This document shows positions 37,044 through 52,000 of a stretch of DNA of 64,000 nucleotides, piece after piece; the first letter of the stretch is position 1; each line of letters opens with the position of its first letter. The DNA lies in the NCBI GenBank assembly GCA_903813345.2, contig CAIIXF020000001.1, positions 23,870,001-23,934,000 of the forward strand, read 5' to 3'. Position numbers and translations under genes: made by a program. This DNA comes from Owenia fusiformis. Taxonomy: Eukaryota. Under the pieces are notes generated by a model that saw only the letters and a list, made by a program, of their open reading frames with translations, did no database searches and was not told the DNA's origin.

Positions 37044-40000
37044 ATGGTTTTGGCTGCGAAAGCCCTTGTTTTGTCTGCCATATTGGCAGTCATAAGCTGT
37101 GGTGAGTCAATATTTAAATTAATTTATATATTATTAAATTTATTAAAAGTGATTTTTTAAGTATATATTTTTCTCTAAAAATCAAGCTTCATTCATTTTT
37201 ATGTCTGACTATAAAACTAGAGTTTCTATTAGTTGGTAGTCATGTCAATAAACATATCACAAATTAAAAGATAAGTAAAAATGATAAGGAAATGAACTAG
37301 GAAAACTTATATATTAGTATTTTTTGGTTTTGTATATTATAAATCAAATGAATTATTGACGCCATGCAACATCTAGAGGTATCAAATTTGAAATTCAATT
37401 GTCAAACAAATAAAAGAAAACTTTAATGAATTTCAGATATATTTAAAGTTTGAAGCGTTGTTTTGCGTTTTAATTTTTTTTAGTTAGGAATTTAGAGAGG
37501 ATCAGTATCTGACATAAAATACACCAAAACTCGAAATAATTCAGATTAACACTTCTCCTTTGTTGTTGAAATGAATTGATCTATTTGCATTCGATGTTGT
37601 AATGAATTGAGCAAATTGCAATATAGAATGTTGCAAAGTACTTACGGAAAGAATTTTGTTTCAACGTCTTGTATAAATAAATCTGAAGCTTCCATGGTTA
37701 ATATTTTTAAATAAAGGATCCATTAGGGGCTGAGCCCCTTTAACTGAAATCATGTTTATTATCATACTAGTTTGGATTGTATTTCGCTCTTTTTGTATTC
37801 TCTTAATGATGGGATGTTAATTTCTGCTTGTTATTTTGTGTCCTTTGTGTACAAGTCACGGGGAATTATAAGTCCATGTGAACGGATGTTGTAAACTAAC
37901 GAAGCGGTTTTGTACAATAACGAATAGAGAATCTTGTCTCGGGATCTTTAAGACTTTATTTTTTTATTTAAGACTTCCTCTTCCTTAAGTAGAGTATCTA
38001 TAAGTATTGTCAGGACAATCAGACAAAAGCTTAAACATTGATGTGTCGTGTATCTTATCATGTTCTAGTGTTTTTGCCAACACTTATACATCCAGGGCTC
38101 GACCTTTTCAACAATTAAGATTGTCAAATGGCTTTAATTGTTTGATAAAAAGTGACATAGATAACACAGAAATTGTTTTTGAATATGATGCCATGTTTGT
38201 GTTTATACACCGAACAGGGTCTTAATTACTAGTCAAATTACAAAGTCTAATGGTATACGTGAATCCGTTTTTATTTTGCTAATTTAGTCCAGGTCATTTT
38301 TGGATAGAATTTGGAATTGTGAAATAAATGTATCAGGACATGGAGAATAAATTATCAAATGCTATAAATCATTTTCTGCTTATAAAATGTCCTTGGAATT
38401 TGGCCACATTATCAGCTGTGTAGCTTTATTTATAAATCCAGGTGAATTTTCGCACTGATTTATCATTTTATAATACTGTGACCTCAGAGTCCTAATCCTG
38501 ATTTGAACATTTTATCAAACTTCACCTTATTAAACTTCTTTGTTCTTCTATCTTGCTAAATGCTCATAAATCCCTTTGTATCCTTTACTTTTTTCCTTTA
38601 TCCTAAATTTCGTAAGTCACATATCATACATCAACGTGCTCTGAAACTCCTTTGAATAGAGCTGTTTCAATCATTTTTACAATTAACATCAGTTTAAAAA
38701 TCCAAGGATTCTAAATTGAAGTTATTGGAAAATACCATATTTTGTAGACTCCAGATCGACTTTCTCATCTAATCATTCTAGACACAATTTGTAACTTAAC
38801 TTCATAATTGTAAGAACACCGAATTGACCGATACTCAAAAATATATGAGCATTACTATTTACGATGGTCCGTTTAGATAATTATTTTTTCAAAAAGATGG
38901 TAAAACATTGGTAAAATACCTGACAAGATTGCTTTGAGAGAACAAATTCTTTTCATTTCATTTATACATTTATTTATATAATTTAAAATTATGTCTATTT
39001 ATTTAGAATCTTCCACAGATTACTCAATGACAATCCAGTTTTCTAAATCTAAACCTTAATCTTCTTTCAGGTCCAGTGGATGTCCGATTAACTTCCGAGG
39101 ACAAATGTTACACCACATGCACAGGTAAATCTAATATTTTATACCACATGCACAGGTAAATCTCATATTTTACACCACATGCACAAGTAAATCTCATATT
39201 TTACACCACATGCACAGGTAAATCTCGTATTTTACACCACATGTACCGGTAAATCTCATATATTATGTCTTCTTTAGTTTATATAAGAAACTTTTTCGAT
39301 AAATCCTGGCACCATTATGGTGAACTAAGGAAAACAGGGTATATTGGGTAGAGTTATTGTGCCAATATGTCATTCTTTTCAGGCTGCAAGGTTTTATTTG
39401 TAAACAAAATTGTACTTTTTGAAATTTTGAAAATCTGCAATTACGTTAATCGTAATTACTGCCTGAAACTGACTATTTCATGATTTACTGGATTGATCTC
39501 ATCTGAACGACGATTTTAAATGTAAGATTCGATCATGTTTTTCAGTTTTGAGGATTCCCATAGGCCCTTATATTGATTTCTGTTTTTGCATAACATGGTT
39601 TTGCTTGCTTGTACTTTCAATCAAGTGTAAGTTTAATATACACGATTATCAAATCAAATGATTTCGCAATGCCAAGAAAATTCTCTTTATCCCAAGCAAC
39701 GTGTCAAACGTTGACCAATCGCACTTAATTTTTTTACTTAAACTTGACATTCAGGACACTGATAATTGTTAAATGATAATTGATAACTGGATTTAATTCG
39801 TTATGACACATGTTCATATACATGTAAATTAATTTCGTCATTCAAATAGATCAAAAGAAAGGCGGGGTGTCATGGTCGCGAACTTTTGGAGTTTGGATAC
39901 CGGTATAGATAAAAATGTCACCACAAGCAATTGATTGTATGACATGAAGCAGTGGATGATTAGCACGCTAACAATTAAAACACGTACATTAAGTTAAGGT

Positions 40001-43000
40001 TTTTGGGTGCACCAGAACTTTGATTTTTTAAATGGCAAGCTTCATAATGTCATTTTCAGCGATGTCATCTTCAAACTTAAAGAGAGAATCAGATCTAGCA
40101 CGCAGTTAAACAAAAAATTGTTTCAATTTAAGAATATTTCTGGCTTATGTCATTCCTTTTCATGTCTATTTTCTAAAAATCCCCAAAGTGCACACTTTAA
40201 TTATTTCATTAAAACTCAGGATTTTTACAACAATATATTATTTTTCTATAAGAATGGTTACAATTCTTATTATTTTGGAGAATTTAAACATTTTTCACCC
40301 GTTTTTGCACTTTTAATCCATTATAACTTCACCAATTTATAACACAGCGTGAATCATTTGGGAGATATTGTATTTGAGGTTGTAAGGAATAGATTATTAG
40401 GTCAACTGTACACCTTGCTTGTAATTTTGTCACCCCCATATAACTGATTCTGCCTTTAATATGCAATCCAACTTCTTTATCCCAAAGATTGTTAATATCA
40501 TTATTTCTTCTATCATTCACATGCATGTCCCCATCGTGAACTAGTGCTTTGTCTTGTAACATAATTTCATACCGTGTTAGATAACAGTTCTTTTATAATC
40601 TGAACTAAATTTCATAATTCTTATTATTAGTTATCTTATTTACATTACACAGATGTACACTCCTTTACAAAAGGTTTGGTAACTCCAACTATCCCAATTG
40701 GGCGTGTTAAACTCAGTTTATGTTTGGCAATTTAAAAACTTCAAATTTGTTTATCATTTCCGACCAATGGTTATTGCAGAAAAACACGAATAGTCAAATA
40801 TGAACAGGCTTTGCATATTATATAATGGCTACTGACGTGTCGCCAAACTTTTTTGAGTAAATCCAAATCATATTGCATCATTGAAAAATTAAAATAATGG
40901 AAATTTCAATCCATTTTTTCAGAAAGTAACAAATTCAACTACCTACCGGGTAGGACATATCGATTCCAGTATGAGGGAGAAACGGTTACAACGACACAAA
41001 GCAACGAACACTCGAGTTTACATTTTAGGGCGACGGCCGATATAGAGGCCATTTCGAAATGTGAAATGGCTCTAACGGTAAGTCACCACCCAGTAAACTT
41101 CTCTAGAAAGGTTATCATTGATTTAATGAAAATCTTATACTGTCTCTGTAATAAAGAATCTATACAGTTTTGCTTCGAGAATATTACATAGAATACCCGT
41201 TATTACAAAGTTTTTTATCTCGAACAATTCTAATAATCTGATGATTTTCAGCTTTCAGACGTAACGGTGGAAGAGTCCGATCCAAGGGACTTGGCCCGCC
41301 GTTTCAGATCTGAGGGAGAGGCCGCCCTGAAGGAAGCCCTCGAGAGCAGTGCCCTGAGATTCTCTTTCCAAGATGGACAGATTGCAGAGCTTTGCCCTGA
41401 ACGTGAAGAGAGTCAAATGGCGCTCAACATCAAGAGAGGAATTCTATCGGCCTTCCAAAACAATATGGAATCTCTAGAGCGCGATCACTCTGGCTCAGAG
41501 GTAACTATTGGCCTTAATGTTTTGCAAACATGAGATTCTTGTTTAATGGACGTTGAACATCTTGAACATTCAACATTCATTCGTTTTTGTTCCTTCGACT
41601 TAATTTGAGTTCATGTCGTTCACTTTGCAATTTACCATTTTCTGTACTCATAATAGTTAATAAATGAATACATCTGTTGTTACGTAAAATTAGCTCTGAG
41701 ATGTGGGATCAACAAATTAATATTAATTACTTTTGTCATTGTAATGACACTAGTGAAATATCCTATTACCTCTCTCCATTTACTCACCTCATACTCAAGA
41801 TAACATAGTACCCAGACACGCATTTTGATCTCTATATATAACGGGTCTTCCGTTCTCAGTTATCATTAATGATAATCACTTGCTTATTAATACTAGAAAG
41901 AGTATTTGAGAGCTCAACTGCAAAGAAAGTGAACTCTAAACTAATGATACACCTGATGATACATGATACAAATATGACTTATGTTTTAAGACTGATGTGG
42001 CCGGCAATTGCCCTGCTGACTACACCGTCACTGAGAACAGTTGGGAAAAGATCGTTGTGAAGAAAAGCAAAAATCTCGTTGGTTGTACTGACAGACACAA
42101 CTATGGCAACACCTTCCATGGAGTTGCTTACAGCGTCGACTCCGTAAGTAGAAGTTATCTATTTAGTGATACCTATGATAATTAGGCAAATTAATCTGAA
42201 CGTGCCATCCCATTTATAAATTTTGATTATCATCATTTATTTCAATTCTCAAGAATATGGACATTTCAGCATCTCGATCTTCAATTGTACAGTTGAAAAG
42301 ATTTGTCATTGTCATCAACCGTTTTTACAAACAAAAATAAGGATTGTAAGGGAAACATCTCATTAGTGGGCATGTTGTCTAAACGATTGCTTCCAAATGT
42401 ATCCCTGCAGGAAATGTATACACTGTTATGTTGCAATTTCAGTATCTAAAAAAGTAAAACCAAAATTTACGATTTGTTTTAGGACATCCAATCGCTCCCT
42501 CTGATGAAGAGTACCCATGACTGTGAACAGACTTTGCACAAGCAAGGCCGTCTTCTTGCCAGTAAATGCCAGGAGAGCCATGTATTCCGACCATTCAATG
42601 ATGAAAAGACCAGCTCCAACACAACCACATCCCAGAGCTTGACCTTCGTCAAAGAACACAATGGACCAAGAACAAGAGGTATGAATAGGGCAATGTCCAC
42701 TCAATTATACAATTTATAAGATAAATCCCTTTTAAGTATCCCATTATTTAAACTATATATCATTATACAAATGAAAAATGTTCAATTCATGAGAGTCAAG
42801 AATGTGAATTCGGTTTATCGTTGTCAGGTTACAACATTGAACTCATTGTCGACCATTTATAACTTTTCACCTGGATAAGATCAATACTGGGGGTGTGTTT
42901 ACCACTGGCTACATTGAAGTAATCATGTTCTATCTATTGGACGCACTTATCCTGACACTTATGAATTAATATAAAAGTACATTAATTTACAAACTATTTT

Positions 43001-46000
43001 GCTACAATAATCAAAGTAAAATTTGCTACAATAATCAAAGTTAATGCAAACTGAACCTTCTTAAATCATTGTTCTTTCTCAATTTTTAAATAAGATCGCC
43101 ACAAGAGAATTCCCCCGATTAGTGCATTTTTGGTTCAACTTTTCGTGAAAATGTTGTATAACAGGTGACATATTTTTGATAAGCTTCATCTAGGAGAGAA
43201 CTTTGACATTTGAACCTAAAATCTTGACATAGTAATCTGAAAAGCTATCATAAGATGATAAAATTATTCCATCCATTGTATGCCAAGCTGAAGATAAAAT
43301 TCAAGGTTAAGAGAACCAATGTAATAAAATATAATTTTATTTTTCAAAAGCATCCATCAAACAATTAAATCAAAATTTATAAGGCAAAATGCCGGCATTG
43401 CAATATTATTTTAACAACCAATATTTAATTTCAATATTTATGTCACTGGCGATTCCCAAGACTGCTCTTATTGTAAAAACATCTTATTGTATAGTTCAAA
43501 TTTGCAAAAACAATTCAGACAAAAACAAAGTACGTTAATCAGTCATTGTAAATAATTTTGGCGGAAAACTGAAAATAATCGGAAATACTCACTATCAATT
43601 TAATCAAATTAAGAGGTGTTTGTAACCTTTTCAAGAGTTCTAGATGAGCCAAAATTCTTCAAAATATTATAAAAGAAAATAATTTTAAAGGCTCTTTGTT
43701 GAGCATTCCCATTTCCGACACATTTCTTAATCATGAAAGTTTACTTTTACTTTAAACGCTAAAACACTATCATTTTCAAATAGATTTGTTCGATTCTGAC
43801 ACATCTTTGTGTAACATGTATGCTGTATATTCTGTGGAAATTAATGCAAGCAGTACTTCAACCCATTACGCTGCTCCCAATTTTAGATATTATAGACATA
43901 AATATGTATTTTAAGGTCCAATCACCCGTCGCACCAACATGCTTTTCGAACACGCCGATGAAACCGAGGAAAACAACAAGGATTTCTCCGCTGCCCAGTC
44001 CAAACTCCGTGAAATCTGCCAGGCTACTTCAAGCGATGTCAGACCAGAGACCCCACGACTTTTCACTGAACTCGTCTACATCATGCGCAAATTGAACAAC
44101 TTTGGACTTAAGAATCTGCAGAAGATTGCCACCAATGGAAAACCATGCCAGCAAGCAAGGTAAACTTAGTCTAGAAAATATATAATCATCAAGTTTATTT
44201 CAAACACTCATTTATAACCCTAACAAACAATTGCTACTTCTGTACGAGGATATACTTTGTGTAGAATATCTATACTGACTAACATATATATTTCTCTGTG
44301 ACTTTACAACCATACCTACATATTATGCAATCTTAATCTTGTAGGAAATACTTTTTCGATGCCCTCCCCATGGCTGGATCCAGCGCCTCAATCAAACTGA
44401 TGAAGACCCTTTTGATCACCGGAGAAGTTACTGGACTAGAGGCTGATGCATGGTTGACCGTCATGGCTTTCGTACAAAACCCTACCCAGGAAATGATCGA
44501 TGAACTCCAGGTACTAACAAAATATAATTTTAAACGCATGAATAATGCAATAATGGTCTATCTGATTAAAAATGTCTATATTTATGTTAGCACACATATC
44601 TCATAAACTCCATCGCTCTTCAGGATATCGTATCCAGCCCTAAGACCAGCAAGAAAGCTATGCTTTCTGTATCCACCATGATCTACAACTTCTGCAAGAA
44701 CAACGGAAACTGCAAGAGCAACGGAGCTGTGAGAGAGGTGATCAGAGTCTTTGAGGAAAATCTTAACGGAGACTGCCGATTCAACAACGCTGAAGAGCGC
44801 GAGAAGGTCATCCTTTCACTGAGAGCTCTCGGAAACGCAGGACAATCCGTCAATGCTATTTCACTCCTCAACAGATGTGCTATGGGAAGAAACTCCATGG
44901 ATATCCGCGTCGCTGCCATCGATGCCTTCCGCCGTATGGACTGCTCTGAGGGAGTAAGTTTTGATTTGAAAGTTATATTTCATTCTACAATTGACATTAT
45001 TCTAAAGATATGTTGATATAATAGTTGACAAAACTGCTAATTGCATCCAGGTAATTGTTTTTCATTTAATTTTGTAGCGAACTGAGCTGATGAACCTTTT
45101 CAAGAATACAGAAGAAGATTCTGAGCTTAGAATTGGCGCCTACTTGGCTGTTATCCAATGCCCAACTGTTGACATCATTGAAGAGGTGAAGACTGTCTTG
45201 GAGAGTGAAGAGATTAACCAAGTTGGTTCCTTCGTATGGACCCACCTCACCAACCTCATGGAGACGTCCGATCCACAAAAGCAAAACATCAGAGCAATCC
45301 TTGAAGATGCTACCCTAAAGAAGGAATTTGATATGGACAAGAGAAAGTTCTCCCGTAACATCGAGTTGTCTTTCTTCTCTGAAATGCTCAACACTGGTGC
45401 CAAGGCCGATAGCAACCTCATCTGGTCTACCAAGTCATGGATCCCCCGCTCAGCTATGCTCAACATGACCGTTGATCTTTTTGGAACCCAAATGAACCTT
45501 CTCGAGATCGGAGGACGTGTCGAGGGTATGGACTACCTCCTTGAGTCTCTCTTCGGAAACAACGGCTACTTCCCCGAAATGGCTGACAATATCCGCAGTA
45601 AGAGATCTGCCAGAGATGGTATGCTCAACAGATTCAAGCAATCGGTAAGAATAAGTTCCACTGAAAAACTAAATTCCAGTTTATAATTGTTTTAATGTAT
45701 GATTACCAAGTAATTATTCAAGTAACTAACCGATTCATGGTCATTTTCTATTGGAAATTCATTGAATCCTATCACTGCATTTAATGTTTTAATTAAGCAT
45801 GTTTGCTTTTTGTTATAGTTCCAACTTGAAGACGCCAGCGAGCCAAAAGCTTCCATGTTCATGAGAATCTTCGGTAACGAAATGGCCTTCATGGATATGA
45901 CCAACTACAAGGGTGCCATGGGAGACTTCAACTTCTTGGATATTCTCATCAAACTTGCAGAGAACCACAAAGTAGACTTCACAAAGTCTGTCGTATTCAT

Positions 46001-49000
46001 GGATGTCCACTACAAAATCCCAACCATCATTGGTAAGCCAGACAAGAACTTCAAAATTATAATTTGAGTAGCCCTAAAAATATCAGAGATTAGAAGAGAC
46101 GATGCTTATGTAAATGAAACTAGAAAATATTATGTTTGTCTCTTATTTTGAAAGAGTTAGAAAGCTTCAATTCATTTTTATCACATTCTGTAGGTATGCC
46201 CCTCGGTCTTGATATCAACGGTACCGCAACAGTTGATATGAAAATTGGAGGAAAGATGGATCTTCGCCAACTTGGATCCTCACCACGCAGTGTTGATATC
46301 GACGGTTACATGCAGCCAAGGTATGCATTGAGCTTTTGACATTGACTTTCACTCCAAGGTGTTAAATTTGAAGTGCCACATCTTTGTGATCGAAGCACTA
46401 GAATATCAACGTGACAACAAGCTCTTAAACGTTTCGAGAATTGTTCTTAAAGTGGTCATAATTACATATATTTCAATGTATTTTCTAGCACTGCTGTAGA
46501 AATCTCAAGTGCAATGTACATGGACTGTGGCGTTGCCAAGACCGGTGTTGCATCAGTGTCCACCATGCACTCCAGCGCTGATGTCGAAGGAACAATCTCC
46601 CTAAAGAACGGAGAGGTCTTTGTCACCAAGTTCAACATGCCCAAGGACAAAATTGATATTCTATCAGTGGAGTAAGTATAGAGTATCCTTAATGTGTATG
46701 TTTAAGATGTGAATGTGAGTGTTGTAAATCCGTAGACTTATTACTAAATTATAATACCACACAATCAGTTGGATGTTTTGAGGTTACTAAATAGTAATAA
46801 GCACATTCGTATTTGATATTTGATATATGGATATTCAAATAAAGTAGAAGGGTCCAATTTGTACGAGCATCTTGTGGTGGTTATACTCTGTGAAACCAAA
46901 TCATGGCTGTTTCTCAGATAATACATTTATCTTCTGTTATTTATTTGCCTATTTATATTACAGCAACAAATTTTTCGTATTCCGAAAATCCATTCCCGTT
47001 GAACAAAAGATGGCCGAGCAGAAAGTAGAGGCCAGCAAATGTACCGGAGACATGATTGCTAAAGTCACTGGCTTGGAACTCTGTGGGGCCCTCAGCTACA
47101 CATCCACTGCCCCCATTACTGGCCCATCCAGCGTGAAGGTCTCACTCAACAAGCGTGATACCCACACCGGCTACGAATTCACAACAACTTTCATGGCAAA
47201 GAAGGTATACTATAACATCTGAGATTGATAAACTTTTTATTTAAACGTTTCTTCTTGTGTAATAAATACATGAAGTGGACTAACTGATCAGCCAATAGCA
47301 TGAAATTGAATATAGTGTTTAAATCAGATTTAGGCACATCGGGTCTGAATATGAGAATTTTGTTATTTCAAAGGAGAGCAAGGCCGGAAAGAGAGCTGTT
47401 ACCAACATTGCTAGCGTAGCATTTAACACCCCAGGATCAAAGGTTGACCGTGAAATGTCTGTTAACTTCCAACTCAACCGTGGCGAGAAAACCATCAATC
47501 TAGACATGACATCACCATGGAAGAAGGTGTCTGCCAAGGGTAAGTCAATTCTTTATCATATAATGAGATTCAAAGGACCAATCCAATATAAACAATGTGG
47601 CTGAAACACCCAAAACGTTAAACATTCTAATAAATACTAAATGATGAAGGCTATTTACAAGAAAAATACTTGCAAAAAAAGTTTGAATCATTCACTATAT
47701 ACGTACATTTGTACTGTGTTAGGCGGCTAATTGTTGACGCATCTGTTTATCATTATCTTTTGCAGGATCAATCGACGTTGCAAAAATCTTGAAGAAGGCT
47801 TCCACAAGCATTGTCATTGACAACAAACAAGAATATTCTGCTGTTGCTCAAATCAAGGTTTTCAAGAAGGGATTCCTTACCACGTGAGTTAATCGGGTTC
47901 CATATACATTAAAGGCCCCATGTACATTTTTGCTTATTTTAAAACTTTGCATTAGCTAAAATTACTATACGTTTTCCTATTTGCTTAGATTTTATATAAA
48001 TTAGACAACAGGAAAAATACAAGAAACCAACATGAAAAATACATTTAAACATTCAATCATTGAATTAAAACATCTTAGGCGATGAATTCAGAAATACACA
48101 ACACAATCTAACAATATAATATAAATATTCGAGCCTTCAAACACAATCTAACAATATAATATAAATATTTGCATCTGATCACGCTTACCCCATGCTAGTC
48201 AAAATGCATTAAAACTTTGAGAAATCCAGAAGACTAAGATTGGCGTTATTTCTAGGTACGCTCCAAGCGTCGTTGTGAACATCCACAAAATGAAGCCAAT
48301 CACTCTGAAGGGAACACTCCAGAACAAGAACTTCAAGAAGATGACCGCAGACCTTGCCCTCAACAACCTTTTCAAGACCCCAGTCACATTCAAGGGTAAG
48401 ATACATTCTCCTCATTGCCCTCAACAACCTTTTCAAGACCCCAGTCACATTCAAGGGTAAGATACATACTCCTCATTGCCCTCAACAACCTTTTCAAGAC
48501 CCCAGTCACATTCAAGGGTTAGATACATTCTCCTTATTGCCCTCAACAACCTTTTCAAGACCCAAGTCACATTCAAGGGTAAGATACATTCTCCTCATTG
48601 CCCCCAACAACCTTTTCAAGACCCCAGTCACATTAAAGGGTAAGATACATTCTCCTCATTGCCCCCAACAACCTTTTCAAGACCCAAGTCACATTCAAGG
48701 GTAAGATACATCCATTCTCCTCATTGCCCCCAACAACCTTTTCAAGACCCAAGTCACATTCAAGGGTAAGATACATCCATTCTCCTCATTGCCCTCAACA
48801 ACCTTTTCAAGGCCCCAGTCACATTCAAGGGTAAGATACATTCTCCTCATTGCCCTCAAATAATGTACGATGTGTCAGAAACTACTTTTAATGTTCTCTG
48901 TTTTTTGCTTGTTATGATTGGACTTTTTTTTAAATACCATTACATTTAAAACAATTCATTGTTGTAGCTGTATAATGGAGTTGCTTCCTATTGTAACACA

Positions 49001-52000
49001 GAATGCCACTTGAATGGAGGTCTTTACAATGTTTCACTTTGTTGTTATTGTTAAAGATCATATTGTTACATTTGAACGAGTTGTGATATCATCTTGTATT
49101 AGTGGGTACTATTCAAGTTTAATGTTTCGTGTGCTGTATCAATGTATTTTGTAAACCCTTAAATATTCTCTTCCAATAGGTGATATGACCAGGCTGATCA
49201 GTGGAGCCAAGGCAAGCTACAAATCAAACATTGCCCTCAGGTCCTCCTTCCTTGATGCTACCCTTAAGGGAACCGCTGATAAGAAGAAGACCAACTACAA
49301 GAGCAACGTCCAGGTGCAATACCAATTCAACAACCAAAAGGCACAGAAGATATCATTCAGTGGAAAGTTCCTCAACAAGAGTCTGAAGAACCTCGCAAGA
49401 TACATCATCAACAAGTAAGGCGTTTTACTCGTCAACAAATCTGATTTTTTTAGCCTCTTACCAAACGGTATTTATTTTTCTAAAGTGTGTTATCTTGACC
49501 TTGTATGCCAGTAAGTTACAGTGTTATTCACCATTTAGTTCTGGTTAGCTTTTGGACGTATCATATGAAGGATTGCATATTTTGGGCTTTAAATATGACA
49601 ACTTCAGAATCATAGTTTAATCAATTATATGATATCACATTCTTATTATTTAAACTATGAATTAAACTGTAACTTCTGTCGGTACCAATTATTTACCACA
49701 ATGTGCGTAACCATGTTAATTTCGAAATATTTCCATTTCTTGTAGCAATTTCCAATCCACACAGTTCCCAGAAGCCAACTACATCCTGTCAATGAATGTA
49801 CTGAAGAAGGCAACACGTCTTGAGAACACAGTTGACTTGAGATTCGGAAAAGCCATCAAATCCCCCAAAAACAAATTGGTTTTCTCCCAGGTTTTGTCAA
49901 ATACCTTGAAGGGAAAAGTGAGGAAAATCGACCATACAATGAAGTTCATGTTTCCCTGCAAGGTACAACATTATATCAATTAAAACTTTTTTCCATAAAC
50001 GATAACGATTTTATTTACAATTGGATGTATCAGATCTACAAAGTTAATCATAGTTCATAACTGCATATGTAAGTAAACTACTTCAATTGTTACTTCTATC
50101 TCAATTCAATTTTCAATTCAATTCAATTCACTTTATTTCAAATGTTTCAAATACAGTATTTTACATTGACATGAAAAGACACCCCGAGGGGTGTATAAGT
50201 TCCACGTTTATCTCTGTTACATCTGGTAAAAATCATTTCATACTTGTTTCATTTTAGGATATCAAGATGAACACTAAAGTATCTGTCACCAAGGATCCAC
50301 GCAACCTCAATACACTTGCAAGCATTGAATACAAGCCAAAGAAGATGATCACATTGACAGCAGACTTGAAGAACGAGAGCAAGAAACTGAGGAAATACAG
50401 TGGAGACATCAGCTTGACCACCCCAAGACGTGAAATGAGATTAACCGAATCCTTGGAAGAACAGGCTCCAATGAAATTCAACAACGAGATGCTCGTCCAA
50501 TGGCAAAAGGGTAGCCAGGGCAAGATGGTCACATCATTCGCTAAAGTTGGCAAGAGGGAACATACACTGGAATCTACTCTCCAGATCCCCAACTTTGACA
50601 CCATCTCCTTCTCAGGAAGAACAAAGCTATTTGCCGATGACTTCAACACCAATGCTGAGCTGACTTACGAAGGCAAGAAATACTCTACTGATGTCAACTA
50701 CAAATATGAAGGACAAGGAAAGCAATGGTCTGGCGAGGGACACTTCGAGGCTGCCCATCCATCCCGCCGTGTTACAACTGACGGTTCCTTCAGGTACATT
50801 GGTGGCAAAACCATGCAGAGTCAGATTGAAGCCAAATGGGATGCTGATCGTGATGAGAACAAGAAGGCTGGTTATGAAGCAGACTACAAAATCATTGGAA
50901 CTAAACATGAGGGTTCAATGAAGGTATTCTATCCCCGACGTGAAATCAACGCAGCCATGAATGTTGAAAAGAAGGGAGAAAAGTACACGTCTCATGCCGA
51001 GGCCAGCTGGGAAGCCGGAAAGAAGATGCAACTGGACACAGAGATGACCTTTTCTAACAGAGGATCAAGAAACTTCCAAGGAAGCACACGATTCACCAGT
51101 CCATTCGAGAAGTTCGAGAACATCTTCCTATCTGCCACACATCAAGATAACGGCCAGCAATACAACAGCAATGCTGAGTTCTCATGGGCTCCAAGAAGCA
51201 AAGTCCAAGGAACATTGACAGGAAAATTCAACAGTCTGATGGATTTGGATGGAACAGTGTCTTTGTTTACCCCACTCTCACGTTCACCAATTGTTCTCCG
51301 ACAGAAACATGCCATTAACAATAAACAAGTCACATCTCACACCGAGTTTGAGTACAGCAACAAGAAGACTGTCATGGATATGTCTGGAAAGGATGATTCC
51401 AACAGATGGAAGAGTGACATCGAAGGTACGTTCTCTCTTACTACACCATGCAGATATTTCAATACTGTTGCCATGAAATTCGACCACACAATGACCAAGA
51501 AGATGATCAGGCTCTCAGGAGAAGTGTCCAAGGATGACAAAGTTATCGGCGCCACCATCAAGGGTGTTGCAGATGTATCTTCCAATGCCAGAGATGTCGA
51601 GGGGACCTTTGAACTCAAGACACCATTCCCCAAAGTTGAAAACATCCTCCTCAGTGCATCTCACAAGGATGACAGCAGAAAGTACAACACTGACATGAAA
51701 GTAAGATGGGCTCCTAGACAGGAAATTGCTGCCAGCATGGAAATGACCAGTGGGATGAGAGGTTACAGTATCAGAAGCAATGGTAAACTAGAGGTAACTA
51801 CACCATTTACTCCATATGAATCTACCACGCTCAACTGGAACCACGACAATACCGAGACCACAATAAAACACAACTCAGATCTTACATGGGCTCGTAGAAA
51901 CAGGGTTGTCCTTGGTGTTGATGGCTCTATTGAAACCGGGCCTGAGACCAAGGTTAATGGAATGATCAGACTTCAGACTCCAATCAGGAGCTTCTCCGAC

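Noticed and set aside
48199-48704. Repetitive ORFs on both strands (e.g. 48354-48704, 116 aa)
   Set aside because: By-products of the 61-bp repeat cycling through frames. Only 48256-48395 fits the gene model.
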